Shown piece after piece: positions 38,601-50,945 of a stretch of 64,000 bases of DNA. Numbering within the stretch: position 1 is the first letter of the stretch; every line of letters begins with the position of its first letter. The stretch is from Diadema antillarum (Eukaryota). A program made the position numbers and the translations under genes. Below the pieces are notes generated by a model. The model was not told the DNA's origin. It searched no databases and saw only the letters and a program-made list of their open reading frames with translations. Location of the stretch: assembly GCF_040938485.1 (NCBI RefSeq), contig NW_027271231.1, forward strand, positions 1,488,001 through 1,552,000, written 5' to 3'.

Positions 38601-41600
38601 CAAAAAATGTGAATGACAAATTCTGCTGAAAAAAACAACAAAAACAAAAGTTCGAAAAAACAAAGAAATACATAAAAAAATTGATAAAACAATAAAAAAC
38701 ATAAAGAAATCGATTTTGATACTGAATTTCTTTTTACGCACGAATGTTCGGAATGTCACTAGGAATATTTACACCAAAAATCAGCATTCCATAAGCTTTT
38801 ATAAGCCAATTACAGACGAAAATGAGGTTTTTTGCATATATTTGCATAATTAATTAATCTAAAATAGAAAATGTAAATTTTTTGAAAATTTAACTGAACA
38901 GTCTTGTAGATTACATCCGCCTTTATGTTCATGCAAATTTTTGCGGCGATCGCGCGATCAACGGCCGAGATCTGAAGGGGGGGCCATAATGGCCCCCCCA
39001 GGAATTCAAGCTCGCTAAATAGCCCAGGTAAGTTAGAGTTAAGATGAGATTGCCCATGGAAACCTTTCTGCTAGTTGGTGTACACAGATTTTTTTTTTTT
39101 TAAGCACTCCATAGACTCACCACAGCATTCCTTGTACGCTGTCTGATTGGTCGAAGTCTGCTTGCGTTCAGAGGCGGGGTTAGCTGAACCAGGTTCTGGG
39201 CTCCCCCAGGCCCTTCCCTCTTCTCATGCTTTCGGGTGTGTCTGTGCGCCACCTCCCCGGCCCTCTCCCCATCGAGCATGCTGCTCTCATTGCGCTTGTG
39301 GCTGCCACTGTGGCTGCCACTATGGCTGCCACTCGATTCCCCGGTCTTTCCATCCCTGTGAAGCTGCCGATCACTCTGTTTGGTCAACTCTCTGTCAATG
39401 GGTGCCCCGCAGCCTGGAGCAGTTGGCACATCGGGATGGTTGAGTGAGGAAGATTGGCCACTCTGGTGCGCCTCCCTCGATTTTCCATCCTCGGAAGTGC
39501 TGCTAGGTGTCGTGCGCTGCTCTCTACCCGTAAAGTCCGATTCGGAAAACAGTCTGTGCTTTGCCGCATCCACGTTGTGATACAGATGCCCTGACATGTC
39601 AGTCCTACTTCTTGCATTAACATTATGTGCTTCCTCATGCAATTGTGATGTCCACTGTCCACTGCGATCGGTAGGTTGTGCTATCAATCCATCACCATTT
39701 GGACACAAGTACGAGTGGCTGTCACCTCCTCTGTCCGCATTTACCTGATAGTTGTTCACAAGGGTATCATTGGGATTACCAGCATTCTTGAGTGTGTCTC
39801 CATAGAGACTACTGTTGCTATGGCTACGATGGACATCACGGTTGCCACCCTCCCGGAGACAAGTGGATGAGTGAGAAGACGATGATGTGGTCCTGCTAGT
39901 GTGAGTTGATCTTAAATCTTGGACATTCAACACCTTGCTAGTACACCCTGAAACATCAGTATAACAAAGAGAAATACAATAACAACTAAAGATCTGTCAT
40001 AATTCCAAATGAGACAATGAGCATTGTGGCAACTAAGAACAATGAAAATCGATATTCCCTGGTGAAACATTTTTATGAAATGAGGCAATCATTGTCTTCT
40101 ATCAAATTGAGACATGATGTGACATCTTGCAATGAATTGTCACCCAAAATAAAATATCCTTGCAATTCTTGGAAATCCGCATGATTATCAGAAATTTATA
40201 CTTACTTCTTGGATGGCACAATGTGCCTGGTTGATACTGTTTGCCGACTATTGTCAGTCACTTGGGGCGAACCACAAGGTTTCAGCATCATTCCTTCGGC
40301 ATCATTCTTTCGCCCATTTTTCTTGTTTGTTAGGTGGACCATTTCTCCAGGTTAGCACCCTGCTCTTTGTGATGAATGAATGATGTGGGTTCTTTTATGT
40401 AAGTGAGTCAAGTGTAACTCACACTCAGGTCCTCCATTTAATGCTCTATCTGAGGGACAGAGCTTTTGCCTCTTACTAGAGGGGTTATGATTACACACAT
40501 TTCTCAATTAGACTTGGGAATGGGTCCCAAGTCATTTGGATTGGGGGGCAAACCTGCTACTGACTGAGCCAAATCACCTCCCTATCAGAAATATATAAGA
40601 TGAATATGGTGCTTGTCAATGAAATCTAATCATTTTTCAGTGAAAACATACCTGCAGGTGATATCTTTGAATTCAGCTCTTCCGTCAATCCGTACCGATC
40701 AGCTGACTGCGAGAAGGCACTGTGATTGGCCCGTTGCCTGACTGGAGGTGAAGGCGGGTGTGTCTGGTAGCTATTCCAGCTGGATCCCACGCCACCTCTC
40801 TGGTACTGATGAGGATAATGCCGGTGATGACAATCAGTAGTGAAGCTACTAGGGTTGATGTTCTCCTTGTTGGCTTGACCCTTTGACCCATCCCCCTGGG
40901 AGATGACGGGGGTGAGCGACTGGATGGGCAGGGCTCTCATCGGTCGGCTGCGAGATGATGCACGGCTGGTGAGGTGAGAGGATGATGCAGTTGCCATGGT
41001 AGCCATACCACTGTCCATTGACATTTCAACTGGTCTCTATCATCATCAAATAGAAACACATGTTAGGATGGTAACTCACTGCATGGCATCTACATACAGA
41101 CAAACTGAATAAAATTGGCTAGACCTGTTGCTAAAGGGAAAACATAGTTCTCATATGCCTGCAGAAACTGCTGATTTTTGCTCCCCCAAATGCAAACATG
41201 TGCAAAAATAACGTGTGAAATAACATGGTGATAACACTTTTTCAGTTGGGTAATGATGAAAATGGAAAATATCAGATAAAGAGCAAGCTCAAAATGGTGG
41301 AAGATGAATTTTAAGCCCTTCTGCAAATTACGCTTTGCCTTTAACTTTGTAACCTCTTTGCATACAAGTGAATCACAACTTGACTAAGTCCTTGCATCAA
41401 GAACATTTGCACTCTCCATACTTGAAATAATTCATATTCTCACTCCCATGAACAGTGTCCTGAACGTATTCCAAGCAAAATATATGACCCGCTACAACAA
41501 AAAGGTCCTAAAGTCGCGCACGGTCGAAGCCGTGAAAATCGAGTTTGAAGTCAGAGCATTAAAATTGGTCAATACTTATGATTTTCTGATTTTGATATAT

Positions 41601-42620
41601 TATTGGAGTCTAACATGTCTTCTATCATCTGTCGAAATTTTGAAGCAAAATGATCAAAGGAAAGATAAAAAAATAGCGTTTTTCTGAGCCATGTTTTTTT
41701 GGTGTTTCAACGAAGCAGAAACTGGTTCGAAAATTTGGATTGAGCGCCACAGATAGGTTCCGCCCCTAACAACGACCAGAGTGATCTCATTGGTCAGTTT
41801 GCTGCTTGCTGCTAACTGAAGCGTGAAGCTCGCACACTGCCCAGTCGACTGGTGTGTGCGGGCGGGGTGCGCTATGCTCAGCTGCTTCTCACATCCTGGT
41901 CACTGATTGGTTGGTGAGGAGACCGCTGACGCTGATGTGCTTGAATGAACTCTTCGGGGTTGCTAGGGCTGACCTTCTATTGTCCAGAGGTGAAAACTGA
42001 CTTGCGTGTCCCTTGGTCGCGATTGCGTCGAAAGGAAGACTTTTAGGGCGCTTTTCTCGAAACAGTGATTTTCCAGACGTCTCAACATGCTCTCTTTTAA
42101 ACATCGATATCTCCGCAGCCGATTACTTTTATAAAATGTGTTATATATCAATTTAAAGCAGAAAGATTAGGGGATTATATCATGCAATTTTCGAAATATC
42201 GACCTCGCTCGACTTTAGGATCATTTTGTTGTAGCGGGTCACATATGTTCAGAGCATAGCAGATTTTCATATATGCAAACATCTCTTTTTATCACACTAA
42301 TTACTTCTGCTTCATATTTTCTTTTTGTGTGTGTGTGTTCCCTCCAATGCATACTTCATTCATCTGCATGCATGTAAAAATCACTGCAACATTTCAGATT
42401 TAAATTTCTTACATGTATATGAGGTGAAAAAAATGACTTTCTGTTTCTTTCTTACTTTGACTTTCTGCCCTTTGAGAAACACACACAATTAAACACATAA
42501 TAATACAATAATGATAATTGAGCTTCTATTGTGCTTATAACAAATTAGTGTTCCCTATGCGCTTTACAATAATTCCTATCCATTTTACACGCACATTAAT
42601 TATCACAAAAGCAAATACAC

Positions 42621-42666
<46 letters not shown>

Positions 42667-45600
42667 GCACCCACGGTATTAAAAAAATCAATTAATAAGA
42701 AGGGGAAATTAGCAAAAAACAAACAAACAAACACATTTTTGGCTCTACCTGAGAAGAGAGCTGTTTCTTGGAGACCATGGACTTAGTCCTGTCCATGAAA
42801 GGGTGGTCTAGGACACTTGACAAGTTGATCCTGTCCGACGGGTTCTTCCTCAGCATCTTGCTGATCAGATCCCTGGCCTCCATCGAAATGTGGGGAGGCA
42901 TGACATAGTCCGCCAGCACAACCTGCCAATTGGAAAAGTGTTGACGTGCAAAATTATGTATGGTATCGCTTCAAAATCCTATGTACATTGCTGAGTCAGA
43001 TAATGAGAAAAGAACACTGTACGATGACAAAAGTCAGCAATTGTTACCTCACACTCTACATTTTCCTGAAGTAGAAATACACTGCATACAAGCAATGGCA
43101 GTATACTCTGTTTCACACACTTGTTTCATAATTTGATACACACTAAGACATACCACACACAGCCAATGTATGGTAAAACACCAAGCATGGTGCAAGTGTC
43201 TGGTACACTAAACAAAGATATGCTGCCTCAACCTTAAAAGTCTAAAAAGTCTTTTTCGGGGGAGGGAATCTCTTTTTTAAACTGTCAACACCAAAGTCAA
43301 GCTACTCATGAAAGCTTCACCCAAGAGCCCTTTCCATTGTATTGTTAGTCCATCAAAGTGCTCAGAGTACCTGTGGAATACCATGAGTGTGTAAACACAA
43401 TGCAGACACCTTCAACATCTGGATTAGAAAGCATATTTTTTCACCACTCCCATAACTCGCCAGCAATGGGAACCACACTGAGAAGGTGCACCTTGGCATA
43501 GTCATAGCTCAAAAATGTTCGGAGACATAACCTCCATAGTTCACGGGCATAAAACAATACCTTGTTCAGCGTCTTCTTGACAGCCTCTGTGTCAAAGGGG
43601 GGCTTGCCGCTCAGGAAGGTGTACAGCATGCAGCCGAGGGACCACACGTCCGACTGCAGACCGTGGGGACTCCTGGTAGCGATCTCCGGCGAGATGTAGT
43701 TCGGTGTGCCACACATGGTGTAGTGCTTCTCTTCCGGAATCTTCAGCCGAGTGGCCAAGCCAAAATCAGCAATTTTCTGTGGATCGAACAAGCAAATTCA
43801 TCAGAAAGAGGAGATATGATATGGCAAGATGTTTTATCATCCTGTGGGACACAACGTATCACAATCATTTGCCCCTACAATGAACAGAGATTCCTTTACA
43901 ATCACAAGTACAATGCACTCCTATACCAGCAAATTTTGCAATTACAATTTCAGTGAGCTACTGTACAATTTCAGCGAGCTACTGTGTTTTTTGCATATAT
44001 CATTTATACACATTTAGATAGAACAAGGAAAAGTAGAAATCACGCGGTGCGTAATATATGTCCCCGCCGGAAGTAGCATTTAGTAGCAAAATGTACAATA
44101 TAGGTAAAAAGATCAAGGTCAAAGGTCAAAGAAGTCAAAGGTCAAAATTCTGTGTAGAAGTTTTGAAGCCCTCACCTAGTGCCATCACATAAAGCAAACG
44201 GAATCGAAATCGTGTTAGAAATGGCGAAGGAGTAGCATTTTGTAGCCAATGTACAATATAGGTAAAAAATCAAGGTCAAAGGTCAAAGAAGTCAAAGGTC
44301 AAAATTCTGTGTAGAAGTTTTGAAGCCCTCACCTAGTGCCATCACATAAAGCAAACGGAATCGAAATCGGGTTAGAAATGGCGAAGGAGTAGCATTTGGT
44401 AGCAAAATGTACAGTGTACAATACAGGTCAAAAATCAAGGTCAAAGGTCAAAGAAGTCAAAATTCTGTGTAGAAGTTTTGAAGCCCTCACCTAGTGCCAT
44501 CACTTAAAGCAAACGGAATTGAAATTGGGTTACAAATGGCGAAGGAGTAGCATTTTGTAGCAAAATGTACAATATAGGTAAAAAATCAAGGTCAAAGGTC
44601 AAAGAAGTCAAAGGTCAAAATTCTGTGTAGAAGTTTTGAAGCCCTCACCTAGTGCCATCACATAAAGCAAATGGAATCGAAATCGGGTTAGAAATGGCGA
44701 AGGAGTAGCATTTTGAAGCAAAATGTACAATATAGGTCAAAGGTCAAGGTCAAAGGTCACAACTGAAATTCTGTGTAGAAGTTTCAAAGCTCCCATGTAG
44801 TGCTATCATATAAAGCAAACAGAATCAAAATCGGGTTAGAAATGGCGAAGGAGTAGCATTTTGAAGCAAAATGTACAATATAGGTCAAAGGTCAAGGTCA
44901 AAGGTCACAACTGAAATTCTGTGTAGAAGTTTCAAAGCTCCCATGTAGTGCTATCATATAAAGCAAACAGAATCAAAATTGGCTCATAAATGACAGAGAA
45001 GTAGCAAATTGAACACTTTGATCACACACGGACGCACAGACGGACGGACGGACGGACACACAGACACACACACGTACGGAGCCCGTTTCATAGTCCCCTG
45101 CTCGAACTCGTTCGGCGGGGACAATAAATCTGAACTGAGTGAAAGGAAGATGAAACTTTCTGACTTACACAGTGCATATCTCTTGTCAGAAGGATGTTAG
45201 CCAGAGTCAAGTCTCGGTGTAGGATGAAGTGTGCGTGGAGGTACAGCAAGCCAACAACTATCTCTTCAAGGAAGCGACGAGCTGCGAGCATGGTAAAAAT
45301 AAAATAAACAAACAAATACAGATGTATACTCCAGAGTACTGTAAAACCACACATTTTTGCATGCATGAAACTTTTATAAAATTTGCAAGGAGCCAAGATT
45401 TGCAAAAGTACGATGCAGGCAAAAGTTTAAGTCTACACAATGCATTGAATTCAAGTGGCAATCTATGAAAGTTTCATGCAGCAAAAAGAAAGGATGTTGG
45501 CTACAATTCGCATGAAAATTTCATGCTGCGAATATGTCTGGTTTTACGGTACCCTAAACCCAGTGTGTTCAGTGTGTGATATATATCAGCCTGATCTCAG

Positions 45601-48209
45601 CTAGTGCTTAGTATGTCACTGATGTACATGAGTCATGACTCTTCTCACAAAGTTTTTGCACACCTCTGTAATCCACAAGTCTACATAATTCAGAACAAGT
45701 GAAATTCCGCATCAAAACCTGGTGTCGCTTGTATGCACAGTCCACCAACAATCAAAATGTTCTCATCCACTGTACAGCTCAATACTTACCCTCCTCCTCC
45801 GTGAAGACTTTATCCTTCTTTTTCAGATAGCGGAGCAGCTCCCCATTCTGGCAGTACTCTAGCACAAGGTAGACGTAATTGCTATTTTCAAAGTAGCTGT
45901 AGAGCTGCCACATAAAGGGAAAGGAAAAGGTGATTTAAATTTGGTCATGTAATACTATAGGAATTAAATGACTGTCACCCAAGTGAGCGGTGCACATAAT
46001 TTGTGAAGCACTTTTTTGGTTCTAAATAGATTAGAGTATTTATAAACAAATTATCATGACCTGAACCACAAACAGACTGAAACAAACTGAAATGTAATAA
46101 TTCATAATGTAAGCTTTTCACAAGAAGATGGCCTTCAGAAGCAGTTGTGAAAAAAAAGTACAAAAAGACATTTGATAAGAAACTAAACATGTCTATAAAT
46201 ATGGATCAACAAAGTTGGCACACATATCAATGGTTGGGAATTGGAGACTGTTACCAAGTCCAGACACAACTGCAGAACTCAAATCAGTAATATGATACAT
46301 CATTAGAACTGTAAGATTGAGTACAGGCAAAAGGTATAAACTACAGGTGAATAGGATTACCAGGTTATAGAACTCTGTGATGTTTCTGGAGAACTGAATC
46401 TGGCTCATTCAATGCCTGTCCAAGACATGCTTGCTTTTTATGCGTGTGTGTACACACATGCTGATTATGACATAAAATAGACTTCCCACTTCAACAACCT
46501 TGATTTAATGATGAATATTTGACAATAATCAATCAATGTCAAACAGCAGAATTACCTCAAGAATGGAAGGGTGCTTTAGCTGGCAATGAATCTCAACCTC
46601 ATTCTTGACTCTGGTCACCATCCCACGTGAATGCATGAGCTTCTTATCAATCTAAAATAACAAACATAGGAAAAAGAAGTGTGTGATTCTTATATTTCCA
46701 TGAATATTTATCAAAGCCAGTATAAAATAAAGATCAATCAAATTCTGAGTACAATAAAAAAAATATCAAATTTACATCTAATCTAATATAAGCTCTACTA
46801 CACATTTCCATTGCAGTTGGGAGCCTTAACTTACAATATTTCCAGTGTTTTTCAGTACAAAACAAAATGAGAACAGGGACCTGTTGCATAAAAGTTACTA
46901 TTGTGGTAACTTTGCCATCCAATAGTAACTACCATGGTAGCAATACTCAACTGTTAATTAAAATCAAGAATTCCATAGAAGTTACCATTGGATGGCAAAG
47001 TTACCATAATAGTAACTTTTATGCAATGGGCCCCAGAAAAATTTCTCTAAGGATTACAAAGTTACTGACTTCCTGTTCTAACTAAAAATACCTATACTAC
47101 ATGTATCCTTAACATACAGTATCTTGGGTACAGTAATAGAGAAAAATTTCCTCGTTAAAACAAATAAAAAGTGCTTTTCCCAAGCTTTTCCCACAGGTAT
47201 GAATTCTTTTGAGAATGGATATAATATGAAGTTATTACATTTCCTATTCCAAATTGTCTGAACTGCAGGGCAAAAAAAACAACAAACTAAAAAACAAAGC
47301 GAGCAAAGCAGTCAAGATTTTGTTCTGCACAGCCTAATGTAAAAACTCATGGTCATAATTGCGCCATTCCAAGTCACTGGATCTGTTAGTACACTGTACG
47401 TTACGATGTCTCGTCATCTAATAGTTTTACAAATTAGTACTAGGAGACTAGTTAACACAACATGCACATCATAATGATCCTGGAACAACTACAATTACCA
47501 GCACTCTGTAAAATTATACAGTTCTCATGTCTAATGAACAAACTTTCCTTCCCTCGCGCTCTGTCTTACCATCTTTATTGCCACCTCCTGACCTGTGCTG
47601 ATAATCTTTGCCCTGTAGACACATGCAAATCCACCCCTACCAAGGAGGTTCAGCACTTGGTAATTCTGTGGACACAAAATATTTTTAGACCACAGTCATC
47701 AGTTGTTGCCATGGAAAAGGTAAATTGTCATCAGTCTTGTTGGCTGACTTCTTGTATTCTTAGATTTAATTGTCTGTTCATAACTACTGGGTAGTTGCTT
47801 AAGAAACACACAGCCAAAAGCGGAACATTGAACTGGTTAAACTATCCTGGTAGTAATACTGCAAATTTCAATTGACATTGACAATTGACAAGGTAATACA
47901 GTGGATAATTATTGTCTTCTGTACACACCATTGCAATAGGGAAGGGAAAACCGAACATCCAAATGTATTTTTCTCTTCTCCAAAGAGTTCATATTCTATG
48001 AAATGACAAATAATGTGACCCACAAGTTATCTCAACAAACAAAACATATAAAATATATTCTAAATGCATTTGATTTAGGGTCTAGGCCATACTGTGGTAT
48101 TTTTATTTAAAGAAAAAATCTTAAATCCCAAGAGCACTTGCAAAGAGTGCATCAAATACACATATATACAGATAATGTGCACAAATCTCACCTTAATGGT
48201 ATCCTCCAT
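29691..48209 (-). CDS. PLK4: Polo-like kinase 4 (SAK), 17 coding exons, 1076 aa
   Basis: Exons (minus): 48209-48192, 47665-47570, 46651-46556, 45904-45790, 45281-45169, 43776-43561, 42922-42749, 41036-40652, 39947-39121, 37187-37083, 36570-36312, 35507-35374, 34704-34613, 32372-32086, 31683-31577, 30866-30760, 29790-29691. All are GT-AG and phase-consistent (3231 nt). Kinase: [53 protein letters not shown]. Degron DSGMAT. Cryptic polo box: [44 protein letters not shown]3: [15 protein letters not shown]. Confidence 0.96.
30378..30735. mobile_element. Kolobok-like MITE
   Basis: TTAA|AGGGGAAGGCTAGTAACTGATCAGTGGGAATCAG ... CTGATTCCCACTGATCAGTTACTAGCCTTCCCCT|TTAA. The 34-bp TIR is perfect and continues with mismatches. 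Confidence 0.8.
31200..31416. mobile_element. TA-TSD MITE (5121 family)
   Basis: TA|CTGTACAACC...GGTTTTACAG|TA, with family-type interior (CATGAAACTTTTGCG, CACAAAATTCAC). Confidence 0.55.
32668..34195. mobile_element. TA-TSD MITE (~480 bp) split by a nested Helentron-type insertion
   Basis: Perfect 23-bp TIRs CTGTAAAAGTGGTTTCTTTCGCG (32668-32690) and CGCGAAAGAAACCACTTTTACAG (34173-34195), each flanked by TA. Confidence 0.75.
33030..34076 (+). mobile_element. Non-autonomous Helentron (HINE/DINE-1/pearl-like) element
   Basis: Subterminal inverted repeat ATACCCCCGCC (33057-33067) / GGCGGGGGTAT (34063-34073). Five ~161-bp core repeats, a (GACC/GCCC) tetranucleotide array at about 33912-34027, and a 3' stem-loop TATACCCCC...GGGGGTATA. 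Inserted in an A-run. Confidence 0.8.
36021..36160. repeat. (CAT/CAC)n microsatellite
   Basis: Directly visible trinucleotide array in a PLK4 intron. Confidence 0.9.
37460..37644. mobile_element. pogo/Tigger-like MITE
   Basis: CAGTGGACTCCTATTATAAC...GTTATAATGGGAGAGCACTG|TA with internal TTGTTATAA repeats. A related degenerate copy lies at about 8705-8855. Confidence 0.55.
38272..39038. mobile_element. piggyBac-like non-autonomous element
   Basis: TTAA|CCCTAACTTACC ... GGTAAGTTAGAG|TTAA (12-bp TIR, 1 mismatch). It appears inserted at the TTAA end of an older Kolobok-like repeat (about 38130-38267, ending CTTGTCCT). Confidence 0.7.
41484..42242. mobile_element. Non-autonomous DNA transposon with 4-bp ATAT TSD (Sola1-like)
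   Basis: ATAT|ATGACCCGCTACAACAAAAAGGTCCTAAAGTCG ... CGACTTTAGGATCATTTTGTTGTAGCGGGTCAC|ATAT. The superfamily is inferred only from the AWWT TSD. Confidence 0.6.
42617..42663. repeat. (AC)n microsatellite
   Basis: Directly visible. Confidence 0.9.
44021..45126 (+). mobile_element. Second-family non-autonomous Helentron (HINE/pearl-like) element
   Basis: Subterminal inverted repeat TGTCCCCGCCG (44059-44069) / CGGCGGGGACA (45113-45123). Six core repeats (4 x ~158 bp, then 2 x 148 bp), an (ACGG)n/(AC)n microsatellite at about 45024-45075, and a 3' stem-loop GTCCCC...GGGGAC. Confidence 0.8.
45339..45549. mobile_element. TA-TSD MITE (5121 family)
   Basis: TA|CTGTAAAACC...GGTTTTACGG|TA. Confidence 0.65.
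46877..47033. mobile_element. PIF/Harbinger-like palindromic MITE
   Basis: Long inverted arms TTGCATAAAAGTTACTATTGTGGTAACTTTGCCATCCAAT and their reverse complement; 3-bp TSD CAG (46874-46876, 47034-47036). Confidence 0.7.
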
Positions 48210-50242
48210 CGTATCATGTGAAGACCTAGGAAGTACATCAATATCCTACATCATTGGGAAGCAAAGTAGAGCACATTACTGGTAAAAAGCAGGTATTTGT
48301 GAGCAATGAACTGGAGTGATATTGATAATAATATAAATTAGGTTTCTCATGGTTTCTAGACTTCTAGTAGATCTATTGAGTAGTAGCAGATTTAGATCCA
48401 TAAAGGCATAGATGGCAGTGTGGTGGTAATGTACGCTAGACAGAAAGGTCTGTCTGTCCAGAGGAGTCTTTTATCTATTTTTTAATGTTATTGCTCTCCT
48501 CCGTAGAAAGATGGAAGGCTGTCCCATACCTCACTGTATTGAAGCTCTCAACGACTGTAATTCATATCCCGAGATCGGCAAATTTAAACTTGTATAGCAA
48601 AATTAACATTTCAAGAATGCATTGAATTCACCAAGTGATTGAAATATCCAAGATTTGGGTGAAATTTTTATGGAAAAAGACACAACTACCAGCCCATCAT
48701 ACGGTCGTACATGTATCAGCTCTTCAATCATACGAATTGCGTCAGCCAATCAAATGTGATGTACGTACTTGTTTTAAATGGCAACTTACAGCCAGCAGAC
48801 GGCGATGTTGCGATATGCACACAAATTTCTGCTATGTAACGAGTTACTGTGAGTATTTTGATTGCACAACGTGAGAAAGTTACCCCAAATATTAATGCAA
48901 ATGTGTCAAGTCATGTCAAACTTGTTTGAACGTCATTTGGGTTTATGGTAACATTTGGTCTGTGCGTGACCGTAGAGCATCAATACAGGAGCCAGTAGGA
49001 TAGCCTTCGGTCTGTATAGGAGAGGATTCCGTGAAGCTAAACGCAGTCTCCGCGGAACATATCCCCGACAACCAGATACACTATACAGACTAATCTTTCT
49101 GTCAAGTGCTGATCTGGATCTGGATCTGGATGAATACGCTGAAAAACTCTGGATAGAGTATCACTCAGCACTCAGTGGTACGCATTATGCGTACTTCAGC
49201 AATTGCGCAATTCAGTGTGGTAACCCTACTACATATCGACCGCCCTTATTCATTGAAACCGACCGCGTAGTATTGGCGCACAGAACGCTTAGTACGCACT
49301 TAACTGCGCGCAGAGCACATAAAAATGGATTGCCTTTGACTGTTGATAAGGATGTGTGGGAAAACGAGACGCGGAAATTCACTGTTCATTGATGGTTTGA
49401 ATCAAGGACAAAATTTCGAATGAATATTTTAACCGAATCATAATGTAATGTCATGGAAGTTTCTAAAAAGCTTCGTACAACATGGTGTTCAATACAAGCA
49501 ACTCGGTTTGTGTGCATTGTCAATGAAAAAAGAGCAGTTGATCTAAATAAGGAGCGGCACTGCGGGGAGCTGAGCAGAGGCCACACAAGTTCGACGGCTA
49601 TATCTTTGCACTGAAACTTCGAATTGAAAAGGGAACAACAGCATGCAGCATTTGAAAGTGCTGGATTTTCTCAATCACGTAGAGTTACTAGAGGTCAAGT
49701 TTTTACGTGAATTTCAGTGTTAAATATTCTTATCAAGCAAATACACATTAGGTGGTCGATGAGTAGTAGTAGGTCCAACCTATTACCATGCAATACAACT
49801 TCTACAAGTACACTAACGTTACAATACAATTAATAAACGTTACAAGGAATATCATTCAAATCAAACAAAAGCTAATTCAACACGAGATCTACACTGCCAA
49901 CATTATAAACAGTTCATTCCGTAGAATCTACTTACAAACGAACTAAGCAGAATAGAAGCCTAAGAAGGAATACTGGTGCCATTATTTTGCCCATCGCTTG
50001 TATCAGGCCATATTGATATGGCATGAATGAGGTTGATGAAAACTTTTTGGAGAGCCTGCACCTGTATACCTACAATACACACAAGTAAACGTGTGGGACA
50101 CAGGCGGCGATAAATCGTAACGTTCAAAATTGGTAGTCATTTTCTTCCGCATGTTCTACCTTATATAAGAACCTAGCCCAGTTGGCGACATGCATGAAGT
50201 TTATGCATGCATAAAACTTGTCATATAATATCAACTTACCAT
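48192..50242 (-). promoter_or_regulatory. PLK4 spliced 5' leader: exon ending at 50240, 25-nt exon 48554-48530 and 34-nt exon 48225-48192, carrying two upstream ORFs
   Basis: Consensus splice sites: aaaATG|gtaagt at 50240, ttacag|...gag|gtatgg, and cttcctag|...aag|gtgaga. Upstream ATGs at 50242 and 48217 are out of frame with the kinase ATG at 48209. Confidence 0.6.
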
Positions 50243-50360
50243 TTTAAGTGCGAGTCAATTCAATCTGAAATAAGTTGTTTATGTTACGCAGACGGCTCAG
50301 CTTTTGAATATGGCGGTGATGAATCGATGTCATTACATTACTCCAAGAGAGGGCGCTAGA
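50240..50360 (-). promoter_or_regulatory. Probable PLK4 core promoter
   Basis: CpG-enriched region upstream of the first donor. YY1-type CCGCCATATT (minus, about 50307-50316) abuts a CHR-like TTTGAA (plus, 50303-50308). A CTCF-like CCAAGAGAGGGCGCT lies at about 50343-50357. Motifs are short and could be chance matches. Confidence 0.4.
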
Positions 50361-50767
50361 CGATTTTCTTTTTCTTTCTCTCTTTCTTTTATTATTTTAT
50401 GTCTTTCCCGTAGTCTGAAAGCCATATACAACGATACAGAATGATTAAATGAGAAGTGAGATCAAGATCAATCTTCCTGGGGTGGTGTCTCTTCACAGTA
50501 TCTGCGAATTTCTGCGTAGGTTCTACAGCATTTCAAATGAATGCTAAGCATTTCTCTGCCGTTGATGTTCCATGCTCGAGCCGCTCTTCCATAGAGTTAT
50601 GGATCGAAGTAGTGGCTATTTCAGAGGAAATGTTGAAATCCGGTATGGGAACCTGATGATAGGCCCTTATCTGAACAAATCGTTCCATTTTTTTTTTTTT
50701 TGTGAATATTTATTGTTATCATTTATCTATGTATTCATTTATTGAGCTATTTATTCATTAATCTAGT

Positions 50768-50945
50768 NNNNNNNNNNNNNNNNNNNNNNNNNNNNNNNNN
50801 NNNNNNNNNNNNNNNNNNNNNNNNNNNNNNNNNNNNNNNNNNNNNNNNNNNNNNNNNNNNNNNNNNNNNNNNNNNNNNNNNNNNNNNNNNNNNNNNNNNN
50901 NNNNNNNNNNNNNNNNNNNNNNNNNNNNNNNNNNNNNNNNNNNNN
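50768..50945. other. Assembly gap (178 N)
   Basis: Run of N. Confidence 1.

Noticed and set aside
40206-40553. Extra PLK4 exon (strong GTAAGT donor at 40205)
   Set aside because: The longest frame has an internal TAA and ends in phase 2, which is incompatible with the main 39947 acceptor. The flanking exons already join in frame. It could still be a minor or poison exon, which RNA-seq would show.
49936-49959. Additional 24-nt PLK4 leader micro-exon (donor GTAAGT at 49935)
   Set aside because: Splice signals alone are insufficient. If included, it would only lengthen uORF1 by 8 codons without changing frame.
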